Of a stretch of 64,000 nucleotides of DNA, positions 9,088-17,838 are shown one piece after another. A program made the position numbers and the translations under genes. The notes under the pieces are model-generated. The model ran no database searches and was not told where the DNA came from. It saw only the letters and a list, made by a program, of their open reading frames with translations. The number at the start of each line of letters is the position of its first letter. The first letter of the stretch is position 1. This DNA is from Acidobacteriota bacterium (GTDB lineage: Bacteria; Acidobacteriota; Thermoanaerobaculia; Multivoradales; UBA5704), in the NCBI GenBank assembly GCA_046765915.1, contig JBKPTH010000063.1, positions 4,009 through 68,008 on the forward strand, read 5' to 3'.

Positions 9088-9326
9088 TGGTCCCTCTCAC
9101 CGACACGGCCACGAGTCTCGTCGAGCCACTCATCGGAGGTTTTCTTCAGCCGGCCGCGGGTACGACCGATAACCGCCCGCATCGCCTCTTCGTCGAAAAC
9201 CGGCACCGCCAGGACATATGGCGCCTTCTCGTCGAACTCGAGGACTTGGCCGGCTTGCAGACCGAGACGCCGCCGAATCGCCGTCGGAATGGTGACCTGG
9301 CCTTTGGACGTAAGCGTGGCTTTCAT
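9084..9326 (-). CDS. vapB: AbrB/SpoVT-type antitoxin VapB
   Basis: MKATLTSKGQVTIPTAIRRRLGL swapped-hairpin motif. Alternative TTG start at 9332. Confidence 0.72.
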   Translation of the reverse strand: MKATLTSKGQVTIPTAIRRRLGLQAGQVLEFDEKAPYVLAVPVFDEEAMRAVIGRTRGRLKKTSDEWLDETRGRVGERDQ

Positions 9327-9393
9327 ACCCAAAGCGTAATACGACGCAGTAAGGAATACAAGTAAGGAGTTGCCGGTGACTCTCTAGAGGTTG

Positions 9394-9870
9394 CGCAGAT
9401 CCGTTGGAAGCCTTCAATGGGCCTTTGGAGGCTTCCAACGAGTCATTGTACCTTCCAACGGCTCACCGGAAATCTTCGCTGGGCTTCGGTTTCTTCCCAT
9501 GGGCCGCTGGAAGTCTCGGCGGCGCGTTGAAAGCCTTCGACGGCTCATCGGAAATCTTCAAGAGTCGTCGAAAGTGCCGGTAAGCCGTTGGAAGCTCCCA
9601 AAGGGGCGTTGGAAGCCTCCACGAGGCGCCGAAGATCTCCAATGGCCCGTTGAAGGCTTTCGATGAGGTGTTGGAAGGAGCGATGGCCCTTTGGAAGCTT
9701 CCAAGGGTACGCCGAAGACTTCCAAGGAGCCGTCGAAGATCTCCGATGATCCGTTGGAGACTTCCAAACAACGTTGAAGACCTACAATGGCCCGTTGGAG
9801 CCTCCCATGGAGCTTTGGAGGTTTCCGGCGCGCCATTGAAAGTCTCCAAGAGCCGTTGTAAGCTTGGAAT
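9394..9870. repeat. Tandem array of ~23 degenerate 21-bp units, each containing a dyad (consensus CGTTGGAAGCCTCCAANGGNC; ideal unit CCCTTTGGAAGCTTCCAAGGG)
   Basis: Read directly: 21-bp periodicity. TTGGAAG(N0-2)CTTCCAA palindromes. No unique spacers. Stops in all frames across parts of the array. Confidence 0.7.
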
Positions 9871-9871
9871 G

Positions 9872-9904
9872 AAGCAAAAAGGGGAGCGTGCTGGGGGCAC
9901 GCTC
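9872..9904 (-). terminator. Rho-independent terminator of upstream hypothetical gene
   Basis: Minus strand reads GGGAGCGTGC-CCCCAG-GCACGCTCCC followed by CTTTTTGC, directly after the TAA at 9925. Confidence 0.6.
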
Positions 9905-9924
9905 CCGGAATCCTGCCTTACGGA

Positions 9925-10331
9925 TTACTGCTCATCGGTGTCAGGAGCCGGCTGAGGGCTCGCGACGGACTGCGGTGGCGGGACGTCGGGGGTCTCGGCC
10001 GGTTTCGCTTTGCGGCCGCGGAACGGCTGCAGGCCGAACTCCGTCAGCTTCTCGGCGCGGCTGCCGTAGCGATGCTTGAGGCCGCCTCGCATCACGGTCG
10101 CCAGCTTCGCGCCCTCGATCATCACCGTCTGCAGGCGCTTCGAGGTCTCCTGCTTGGCGGCCTGGTGAGCCGCCTGCTGCTTGGTGAGCTCGCGCGCCTC
10201 CTGGAGCAGCTTTCCAGGTCGATGCGGAGGAGCTCGAGCTGAGGCAGCTCGGAGGCGTTCGCGGCCGCGGAGGCCGTGATCTCTTCCCACTCCTTGAGGT
10301 GGTCGGCGTAACGACTCTTCTTGTCAGGCAC
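9925..10331 (-). pseudogene. Hypothetical coiled-coil protein interrupted by a -1 frameshift in a 3-nt A/T run (~10205-10215)
   Basis: Two overlapping minus ORFs (9925..10290 and 10122..10367) read as one coherent protein if one base is added in GGAAAGC: MPDKKSRYADHLKEWEEITASAAANASELPQLELLRIDLE|KLLQEARELTKQQAAHQAAKQ... GTG start at 10331 with AAAGGAG SD. Confidence 0.45.
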
Positions 10332-10638
10332 CTTCTCACTCCTTTCGGACCTTCGGGTCCAGTCCACTGACGCCTTTGTGGCGCCAGAGTCTCGATTTCG
10401 AAGCTCTTCCAGGGTACGAAGGTTGAACCTGCAGAGTCTAGCTTCTGAGAAAGCTCTTGTCGGCCGAAGATATTACAGGTCAGCATAATCCATTGAGGAG
10501 CAATGACTTAGCGCGATTCGCTCAAAAGCTCCAGGGGGGCGAGATTCGCCCCGAGGCGGGTGAAATTCCACCCGTTGCGGTTTGGTCGGCGCGCCGTAGG
10601 CCGCGGCTGATCCCACTCGGGAGATTTGCCGATTCGAC

Positions 10639-11016
10639 GTGTTTGTCAGCTATGCTGCAAAGGATAGCGAAGTGGCGAAGGAGCTGCAGCGAGCCCTCCA
10701 GAGAAAGGGTTTAGATTGCTTTCTCGCTGAGAAAGATTTAACCGCTGGCAAGGTTTGGCGCGAGGAGATAAGAGATGCGTTGCACCTGTCACGTGTGTTT
10801 GTGTTATTGCTGACCCCAAATTCGGTGACGAGCAAGTGGGCCATGTGTGAGGCTGGTGCCTTCTGGGCGCTCCGAAGGCCCATCGTCCCGGCTTATATGT
10901 TCGTTAATATAGGCGACGTTCCCGAGATAATATCCGAATATCAATGTAGGCGCATAGAATCTTACAGTGATCGAACTGATTTCGTTAGGGAAGTATATTC
11001 TCTCTGCCGTGGATGA
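10639..11016 (+). CDS. TIR-domain protein (standalone, 125 aa)
   Basis: MFVSYAAKDSEVAKELQRALQRKGLDCFLAEKDL...FVLLLTPNSVTSKWAMCEAG matches the bacterial TIR pattern F-SY-D...L...G...F-D...W...I...S...VLL-S-NS-S-W-E, including the conserved Glu. About 50% GC versus about 68% background. Confidence 0.8.
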   Translation: MFVSYAAKDSEVAKELQRALQRKGLDCFLAEKDLTAGKVWREEIRDALHLSRVFVLLLTPNSVTSKWAMCEAGAFWALRRPIVPAYMFVNIGDVPEIISEYQCRRIESYSDRTDFVREVYSLCRG

Positions 11017-11282
11017 TCGAGCAGGTGGGAGGGCTGCATGCAAATATCACAACGCATCGGTAGGGCGGCCAATCCTCGGAGCGAGCACTGAGGCGAGCAG
11101 ACCGCTGAAAGCGCCTATCCGGCCACAAATGGCAGGGCCGGAGGGAAGCTCCCTGCTGGGAACCGCGCTAACCGGTCTCTGGATCGGAGCTTCGCGGACG
11201 CATCGCGGAAAGCTGCCACAAACCACGCGTAGGCAGTCCAGAGCTCCTGACGCACCGACTTGTCTCACCGCATGGAACAACG

Positions 11283-11308
11283 GCGCCGGTGACTTCTTCG
11301 GCCGCATC
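11283..11308. repeat. 26-bp direct repeat, copy 1 (GGCGCCGGTGACTTCTTCGGCCGC)
   Basis: 25/26 identical to copy at 11724..11749. Both encode GAGDFFGR in frame. Confidence 0.6.
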
Positions 11309-11384
11309 GTATCGGTAGGGGCAGCCGCCGTCCTGTTCCGAGCGTGGTAGGATTTTTATGGAGAGACGCAACCACGGAGGTATC

Positions 11385-11585
11385 ATGGATCTGGAAGTTG
11401 TCGAGAAGGAAGTCGCAAGCTGGGCGCCGGAGGAGCAGGATCGCCTCGCAGCGTTTTTGACCGTACTCCGCTTGAAGAGAACACCGGACCATGTCCAAGA
11501 GCTGACCCGGCGCCTGGACGATCGCAATCCCACCAATTGGGTGAGCTTGGACGAAGTCAGGTCGCTTCGCGAACACCGTGGATGA
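11385..11585 (+). CDS. Small hypothetical protein, possible antitoxin of a RelE/ParE-like remnant pair
   Basis: GGAGG SD 6 nt before the ATG. ATGA overlap with the next small ORF. 66 aa. Confidence 0.35.
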   Translation: MDLEVVEKEVASWAPEEQDRLAAFLTVLRLKRTPDHVQELTRRLDDRNPTNWVSLDEVRSLREHRG

Positions 11586-11719
11586 AGCTCTCATACGACG
11601 TCTTCATCCGTCACGAGGTCTTCCGAACTCTTCAGGGGGCCAGCGCTAGCGACCAGGAGCGCGTCTTAGACGCCGACAAGGAAGTTCGAGTCGTCGATCT
11701 CGCTAACGCCGAAGGATGA
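11582..11719 (+). CDS. Truncated RelE/ParE-like toxin remnant (45 aa)
   Basis: MKLSYDVFIRHEVFRTLQGAS...ERVLDADKEV resembles a RelE/ParE N-terminus. Truncated just before direct-repeat copy 2. Confidence 0.3.
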   Translation: MKLSYDVFIRHEVFRTLQGASASDQERVLDADKEVRVVDLANAEG

Positions 11720-11723
11720 CAGC

Positions 11724-11749
11724 GGGCGCCGGCGACTTCTTCGGCCGCG
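11724..11749. repeat. 26-bp direct repeat, copy 2
   Basis: GGCGCCGGCGACTTCTTCGGCCGC. See copy 1. Confidence 0.6.
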
Positions 11750-11801
11750 CCGGGGCTCGGCGAGATTCTAACGCCCTGGTCAGATAGAATCGCGCACCGT
11801 C

Positions 11802-13352
11802 ATGGCCGAGCCGCTGCCCCATCCCCCGGAGCTAGGGCCTTCCGGCCTGCCGCTGAAGTGGGCCAAGGTGATCGACCAGGCGCGCTGCATCGGCTGTCAC
11901 GCCTGCACCACCGCCTGCAAGTCCGAGAACGAGGTGCCGCTGTCGGTCACCCGCACCTACGTCAAGTACGTCGAGGTGGGGACCTTCCCGCAGGCGCGGC
12001 GGGCCTTCCAGGTGACGCGCTGCAACCAGTGCGACCAGGCGCCTTGCACCGTCGCCTGCCCCACCACCGCCATGTACCGGCGGCCGGACGGCATCGTCGA
12101 CTTCGACAAGTCGATCTGCATCGGCTGCAAGGCCTGTATCGCGGCCTGCCCCTACGACGCCATCTTCATCAACCCCGAGGACCATTCGGCCGAGAAGTGC
12201 AACTTCTGCGCGCACCGGCTGGATATCGGACTGGAGCCCGCCTGCGTCGTCGTCTGTCCTACGGAGGCGATCCTGGTGGGAGACATGAACGATCCGGCGT
12301 CGCGGGTCTCGCAGATCGTCCACCGCGAGCCCGTGGCGGTGCGCCGCCCGGAGAAGGAGACGCGGCCGAAGCTCTTCTACCACGCGGCCCATCAGGCGAC
12401 CCTCGATCCCCTCGCCGCGCGGCGGCCGCCGGGCGGGCTCTTCATGTGGAGCGAGCAGCGCGCCGGGGCCGATCAGGTCGTCTCGGGCCATCCCGGGCCC
12501 GCCAGCTCGTCGGCCGCCGCGCTGCTGGCCTACGACGTTCCGCACAGCATCCCCTGGGACTGGCGGGTGAGCCTCTATACGCTGACCAAGGGGATCGCCG
12601 CCGGCGTCTATCTCGTGGCGTGGCTCCTGCTGTTGAGGGGTGACCTGAGCCCGGCGAGCCCGCTCTGGCTGCGGCTCGTGCCGATGGTCGGCGGCATCTT
12701 CCTCGCCCTGACCGGCGGCCTCCTCATCTGGGACCTCGAGCATCCGGAGCGCTTCTATCTCATCTTCACCCGGCTGCAGTGGCGGAGCTGGCTCACGCGC
12801 GGCGCTTTCGTGATCGCCGGCTACAGCGCGATCCTGGCCGTCCACTTCCTTGCCGGTGTCAGCGGCGGAGCCGGGATCGCCGGCGCTCTCGTTTGGCTCG
12901 GCGTGCCGCTGGCGCTGCTGACCGCGGTCTACACGGCCTACCTCTTCGCGCAGGCCAAGGCGCGCGACCTCTGGCAGAACCCCCTGCTGCCGCCGCATCT
13001 GGCGGTGCAGGCGGTGCTCGCCGGCGCCGCGGTGCTGTTGCCGTTGGCGCGGCTCGGCGCGCCGGACCTCCTGCAGCCGCTCGGCAGGATGCTGGCGATC
13101 GCGTGCCTGCTCCACCTCCTGCTCGTCGCCGGCGAATGCAGCGTGACGCACGGCACGGCGCACGCACGGCTGGCGATGCACGAGATGATCGCCGGGGGCT
13201 TCCGCGGCCTCTTCTGGCTGGGCGCCGCGCTGGTCGCCGCCGGCCTGCTGGCTCCCTGGATCGGCGCCGCGGCGGCGGTGCCGGCGCTCCTCGGGCTGCT
13301 CGCCTTCGAGCATGCCTACGTGCAGGCCGGCCAGGCGGTGCCGCTGGCCTAG
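11802..13352 (+). CDS. 4Fe-4S ferredoxin-type subunit fused to an NrfD/PsrC-like membrane anchor (Mo-oxidoreductase B/C fusion)
   Basis: Four Cys clusters (CIGCHACTTAC, CNQCDQAPC, CIGCKACIAAC, CNFCAH...C) followed by about 8 hydrophobic helices. Confidence 0.8.
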   Translation: MAEPLPHPPELGPSGLPLKWAKVIDQARCIGCHACTTACKSENEVPLSVTRTYVKYVEVGTFPQARRAFQVTRCNQCDQAPCTVACPTTAMYRRPDGIVDFDKSICIGCKACIAACPYDAIFINPEDHSAEKCNFCAHRLDIGLEPACVVVCPTEAILVGDMNDPASRVSQIVHREPVAVRRPEKETRPKLFYHAAHQATLDPLAARRPPGGLFMWSEQRAGADQVVSGHPGPASSSAAALLAYDVPHSIPWDWRVSLYTLTKGIAAGVYLVAWLLLLRGDLSPASPLWLRLVPMVGGIFLALTGGLLIWDLEHPERFYLIFTRLQWRSWLTRGAFVIAGYSAILAVHFLAGVSGGAGIAGALVWLGVPLALLTAVYTAYLFAQAKARDLWQNPLLPPHLAVQAVLAGAAVLLPLARLGAPDLLQPLGRMLAIACLLHLLLVAGECSVTHGTAHARLAMHEMIAGGFRGLFWLGAALVAAGLLAPWIGAAAAVPALLGLLAFEHAYVQAGQAVPLA

Positions 13353-13361
13353 GAAGGAACC

Positions 13362-16277
13362 ATGAGCCGCGAAGACGAGACTCAGCGGGTGAGCGCCGCG
13401 CGCGCGGAGACGGAAGCGCGGGGCGAGACTTTCTACCCCGGTCCCAGCCGGGTCCACCTCGCCTCCTATCCTCCCAAGGAGCGATGGGACGACTGGACGG
13501 AGCTGGATTCCCGCGCCTGGCCGCAGCGGGTCGAACGCCGCTATCTGCTCGTGCCCACGACCTGCTTCAACTGCGAGTCCGCCTGCGGCCTGCTCGCCTA
13601 CGTCGACCGCGAGACCCTGGAGGTGCAGAAGCTCGAAGGCAACCCCGAGCATCCGGGCTCGCGGGGGCGCAACTGCGCCAAGGGTCCCGCCACCCTGAAC
13701 CAGTTGACGGACCCCGACCGCATCCTCTTTCCGCTGCGCCGCGCCGGGCGCCGCGGTGAGGGCAAATGGGAGCGGGTGACCTGGGAAGACGCGCTCGCCG
13801 ACATCGCCTCGCGCATCCGCAAGGCGATCGTCGAGGGCCGCCAGCGCGAGATCATGTACCACGTCGGCCGGCCGGGAGAGGACGGCTTCACCGAGCGCAT
13901 CCTCGCCGCCTGGGGAGTGGACGGCCACAATTCGCACACCAACATCTGCTCTTCGGGCGCGCGCGCCGGCTATGAGCTCTGGTGCGGCATCGACCGGCCC
14001 AGCCCCGACCACGCCCGCGCCAAGGTCATCCTGCTGGTCTCCTCGCACCTGGAGACCGGCCACTACTTCAATCCGCACGCCCAGCGCATCATGGAGGGGA
14101 AGGCCAGCGGCGCCAAGCTCGTCGTCTTCGACACCCGCCTCTCCAACACCGCCACCCACGCCGATCACTGGGTGGCGCCGATTCCGGGCTCGGAAGCGGC
14201 GATCTTCCTCGCCATCGCCAACCACCTCGTCCAGACCCGCCGCTACGACCGCGAGTTCGTGCGCCGGTGGTGGAACTGGCAGGAATTCCTGGAAGCGGAG
14301 CACCCGGAGCTCGCCCCCACCTTCGAGAGCTTCGAGGCGGTGCTCTCCACCCTCTACGCCGACTACACCTTCGACTTCGCCGCCGCCGAATCGGGGGTGG
14401 AGGCGGCGGTGCTGGCGCAGATCGCCGAGCTGGTGGCGGGCGCCGGCACGCGCTTGGCGACTCATACCTGGCGCAGCGCCGCCGCGGGCAATCTCGGCGG
14501 CTGGCAGGTGGCGCGCACCCTCTTCCTGCTCAACGCGCTGATGGGCGCCGTGGCGACGGAGGGGGGCACCTACCCGAACGCCTGGAACAAGTTCGTGCCC
14601 AAGCCCATCCATCTGCCGCGCCATCCGGAGCACTGGAACGAGCTCACCTGGCCGGCCGAGTTTCCGCTCAGCATGTACGAGCTGTCCTTCCTGCTGCCGC
14701 ACTTCATCCGCCAGGGGCGCGGCCGCCTCGACGTCTACTTCACCCGCGTCTACAACCCGGTGTGGACGAACCCCGACGGCTTCTCCTGGATCGAGATGCT
14801 GCGCGACGAGGAGCGGGTCGGCTGCTACGTGGCGCTCACGCCAACGTGGAACGAGACCGCCTTCTTCGCCGACTACGTCCTGCCCATGGGGCATGGGTCC
14901 GAGCGGCACGACCTGCACTCCTACGAGACCCATGACTCGCAGTGGCTCGGCTTCCGCCAGCCCGTGCTGCGGGCGGCGCGCGAGCGGCTGGGCGAGACGG
15001 TGGCCGACACCCGCGCCGCCAATCCGGGCGAGGTCTGGGAGGAGAACGAGTTCTGGCTGGAGCTCACCTGGCGGATCGATCCCGACGGCAGCCTCGGCAT
15101 CCGTCCCTTCGCCGAGTCAAAGCAGCGCCCTGGCGAGCGCCTGACCGTCGACGAATACTACGGCTGGATCTTCGAGCATTCCGTCCCCGGCCTGCCGGAG
15201 CGGGCGGCGGCCGAAGGCCTGACACCGCTCGCCTGGATGCGCCGCTACGGTGCCTTCGAGATCAGCCGCGACCTGGGGCCGGTGTTCGAGCGCGAGGTGC
15301 CGCCGGAGGAGCTCGTCGATGCCGCCGAGGACGCCTACGGCCGCGTCTACACCCGCGCCCCGAAGCCTCCGTCGCCCAACATCGTGCCGATGGGCGCTCC
15401 CGAGCCCGACGCCGAGGGCCGCCGGCCGGCGGGCGTACGCCAGGGAGACAGGGTGCTGCAGGGTTTTCCCACCCCCAGCGGCCGGCTGGAGTTCTACTCC
15501 TCGACGCTGGCGAACTGGGGCTGGCGCGAAGTCGCGCTGCCGGCCTACATGGGGAGCCACGTCCATCCGCGGAGCCTCGGTCCGGACCGCATGTGCCTCA
15601 TCTCGACGTTCCGGCTGCCGGTCCACATCCATACCCGCAGCGCCAACGCCAAGTGGCTGGACGAGATCGCCCACACCAATCCGCTCTGGCTTCACCCCAA
15701 GGACGCGGAGCGTTTCGGCGTCGGCACCGGCGACCTGGTGCGGGTGGAGACGGAGATCGGCCGCTTCGTCGTCAAGGCCTGGGTGACGGAGGGGATCCGG
15801 CCGGGAGTGGTGGCCTGCAGCCATCACATGGGGCGATGGCAGCTCGCCGCGGCCTCCGGCCAGGCGCAGCGTCTGCACATGGCGACCGTCGGCCTGGAGC
15901 AGGACGGCAGCCGCTGGACGCTGCGCCGCGAGCGCGGCGTCGAGCCGTTTTCATCGAGCGATCCCGATACCGCGCGGCTCTGGTGGACCGACGTGGGCGT
16001 GCACCAGAACCTGACGTTCCCGGTCCACCCCGATCCCATCTCCGGCATGCACTGCTGGCATCAGGCGGTGCGGGTGACGAAAGCCGCCCCCGGCGATCGT
16101 TATGGCGACGTTGAAGTCGACACCGCGGCGTCGCGGCGGGTCTTCGAGGAATGGCTCGCCCAGGCCCGGCCGGCGACTCACCACTCCCCGGACGGCACCC
16201 GGCGGCCCTATTGGCTCATCCGTCCGCTCAAGCCCTCGCGGGAAGCCTACCGGCTCCCCCGAACCGCGCCGGCGTAG
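13362..16277 (+). CDS. Molybdopterin oxidoreductase catalytic subunit (DMSO-reductase family), no twin-arginine motif
   Basis: N-terminal CFNCESACGLL...C FeS motif and molybdopterin oxidoreductase signatures. 971 aa. The minus ORF 11832..14933 is its antisense shadow. Confidence 0.85.
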   Translation: MSREDETQRVSAARAETEARGETFYPGPSRVHLASYPPKERWDDWTELDSRAWPQRVERRYLLVPTTCFNCESACGLLAYVDRETLEVQKLEGNPEHPGSRGRNCAKGPATLNQLTDPDRILFPLRRAGRRGEGKWERVTWEDALADIASRIRKAIVEGRQREIMYHVGRPGEDGFTERILAAWGVDGHNSHTNICSSGARAGYELWCGIDRPSPDHARAKVILLVSSHLETGHYFNPHAQRIMEGKASGAKLVVFDTRLSNTATHADHWVAPIPGSEAAIFLAIANHLVQTRRYDREFVRRWWNWQEFLEAEHPELAPTFESFEAVLSTLYADYTFDFAAAESGVEAAVLAQIAELVAGAGTRLATHTWRSAAAGNLGGWQVARTLFLLNALMGAVATEGGTYPNAWNKFVPKPIHLPRHPEHWNELTWPAEFPLSMYELSFLLPHFIRQGRGRLDVYFTRVYNPVWTNPDGFSWIEMLRDEERVGCYVALTPTWNETAFFADYVLPMGHGSERHDLHSYETHDSQWLGFRQPVLRAARERLGETVADTRAANPGEVWEENEFWLELTWRIDPDGSLGIRPFAESKQRPGERLTVDEYYGWIFEHSVPGLPERAAAEGLTPLAWMRRYGAFEISRDLGPVFEREVPPEELVDAAEDAYGRVYTRAPKPPSPNIVPMGAPEPDAEGRRPAGVRQGDRVLQGFPTPSGRLEFYSSTLANWGWREVALPAYMGSHVHPRSLGPDRMCLISTFRLPVHIHTRSANAKWLDEIAHTNPLWLHPKDAERFGVGTGDLVRVETEIGRFVVKAWVTEGIRPGVVACSHHMGRWQLAAASGQAQRLHMATVGLEQDGSRWTLRRERGVEPFSSSDPDTARLWWTDVGVHQNLTFPVHPDPISGMHCWHQAVRVTKAAPGDRYGDVEVDTAASRRVFEEWLAQARPATHHSPDGTRRPYWLIRPLKPSREAYRLPRTAPA

Positions 16278-16283
16278 CGGCGT

Positions 16284-16457
16284 TCAATCCTCCGGAGGGC
16301 CAAACCAGACCCGCAACGGGCTGACCCCCTGGCGGCGCGCCACCCGCATGCGCATCCGCTGGATCCGGCTCCAGCGTACCAGGCCCGAGCCCCAGGTCTT
16401 TTCCATCGCGAAACCGGCAAAGGCCCCAACCAGCAGCGTACTTACGAACGTCAACAT
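16284..16457 (-). CDS. Possible small membrane protein (57 aa)
   Basis: MLTFVSTLLVGAFAGFAMEKTWGSG. High GC3. GAGGG 8 nt before the ATG. Weak call. Confidence 0.3.
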   Translation of the reverse strand: MLTFVSTLLVGAFAGFAMEKTWGSGLVRWSRIQRMRMRVARRQGVSPLRVWFGPPED

Positions 16458-16724
16458 CGCAGCTACCCTCAACAAAAGTAATTCCTGCTCTTGCAGCCGA
16501 CCCTGCGTCAGCCCTTCTCGCCAGGGTGTGGTGCAGCTCCTACCGATACCCCTTTGACTATTTTGTAGAACGAGAGTATAGCCCTCGCCTCGCCTTTCCG
16601 TCAACCTCCCCCGGCGTCTCTCGATTCCCGATCTCTATACGTAGACGAAGTCCGCGGTGTTTTTCCCTCACGCGGCGAGCTCAGGGAATTCCGCTTGGGG
16701 TAGGACTGATCTGTAGGGCCGCCC

Positions 16725-17297
16725 CTACAGTCCGAGCTCCTTCGAGGCGGCCTGGAGCGCGCGGATGACGTTCTCGATGTGCTCGTCGAGCGGCAGGCCG
16801 ATCTCCTCGGCGCCGTTGTAGACATCCTCGCGGTGGACACCGCGGGCGAAGGCCTTCTCCTTGAGGCGCTTCTTGACGGAGGCGAGGTCCACGTCGGCGA
16901 GCGACTTGCTCGGCTTGATGAGGGCCACCGCGACCACGAACCCGGCCAGCTCGTCGCAGGCGTAGAGGGCCTGGGCGAGCCGCGTCTGCCGCGGCACGCC
17001 GGTATAGGGCGCATGCCCTATGATCGCCGTGCGCATCGCTTCGGGGTACCCCTCGGCGGCGAGGATCTCGTTGCCCCGGTAAGGGTGGTTCTCCGCGTCG
17101 GGCCAGCGCTCGTAGTCGAAGTCGTGGAGCAGGCCGGTCAGGCCCCACAGCTCCTCGTCCTCGCCAAACCGGCGGGCGTACCAGCGCATCGCGGCTTCGA
17201 CGGCGAGGGCGTGCTTGCGCAGCCCTTCCTTCTCCGTGTAGCGGCAGAGCAGGCTCCAGGCCTCGTCGCGGCTGGGCAGGGGTTCGGTGGCGGGCAT
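16725..17297 (-). CDS. HD-domain phosphohydrolase
   Basis: HDxxxW/HD-family motifs (LLHDFDYERWPD, GHAPYTG). The listed 310-aa ORF N-terminus is a shadow. ATG at 17297. Confidence 0.7.
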   Translation of the reverse strand: MPATEPLPSRDEAWSLLCRYTEKEGLRKHALAVEAAMRWYARRFGEDEELWGLTGLLHDFDYERWPDAENHPYRGNEILAAEGYPEAMRTAIIGHAPYTGVPRQTRLAQALYACDELAGFVVAVALIKPSKSLADVDLASVKKRLKEKAFARGVHREDVYNGAEEIGLPLDEHIENVIRALQAASKELGL

Positions 17298-17333
17298 GGC
17301 GCGTAAGGTACCAGAAGTGGCTACAATGGAGCC

Positions 17334-17645
17334 ATGACCGAGGAGCACCGCAAGCTGACCGTCCGCTGCCCCGAATGCAACGCCGACCTGGTGATCGACG
17401 CGGCGACCGGCGAGGTCCTCTCCCACCGCAAGGCCAAGCAACCGCTGGCCGGCGGCAAAGACTTCGACGCCCTCCTCAAGGGCCTGGACGAGGACAAGTC
17501 CCGGGCCGAGGACATCTTCGAGCGCGAGAAGGCGGCCCTCAAGGATCGCGACCGCCTCCTGGAAGAGAAGTTCCGCGAGGCCATGCGCCGCGCCGAGGAA
17601 GAGCCGGACGAGGGGCGGCCGGTGCGGCCGTTCGATCTGGATTGA
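17334..17645 (+). CDS. Small zinc-ribbon-like protein
   Basis: CPECNADLVID motif. Charged coiled C-terminus. 103 aa. Confidence 0.5.
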   Translation: MTEEHRKLTVRCPECNADLVIDAATGEVLSHRKAKQPLAGGKDFDALLKGLDEDKSRAEDIFEREKAALKDRDRLLEEKFREAMRRAEEEPDEGRPVRPFDLD

Positions 17646-17838
17646 GGCAGACTTCAAAAATCTGTATAAGCTGTGCTAGAATCCTATCCCGGCCTTCGGT
17701 ATCCCTCCCGCCGCTCTGGCCCGAGCCTCAACCCCGGTCTGTTGCCGCTCGATCCGCCCGCTACGAAGCGTGCCTGATTTGATCCAAAGACCGATACGCC
17801 GCGATGGGCCTCGAAGGTCCCGCGAGAAGGAGTGAACT

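Noticed and set aside
9394-9870. CRISPR array
   Set aside because: The units are contiguous and degenerate, with no unique spacers between identical repeats. No cas genes are present.
9463-9900. ORF 9463..9900 (145 aa) and others through the first array as a heptad-repeat protein
   Set aside because: The 21-bp period inevitably yields 7-aa repeats in any open frame. Other frames are stopped. No SD was seen. A terminator lies immediately upstream. This is most likely non-coding.
2578-11016. Thoeris (ThsA SIR2 + ThsB TIR) interpretation of the SIR2 and TIR genes
   Set aside because: The genes are 6.4 kb apart across gltX, speA, CDO and vapBC, and on different strands. The SIR2 protein has no SLOG/macro C-terminal domain. 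The TIR lies in a separate low-GC islet.
11832-14933. 1033-aa minus ORF and + ORFs 11858..12643, 12779..13759, 13982..14935, 14942..16114
   Set aside because: Shadows of the two Mo-oxidoreductase genes. They have Arg/Gly/Ala/Pro-rich composition.
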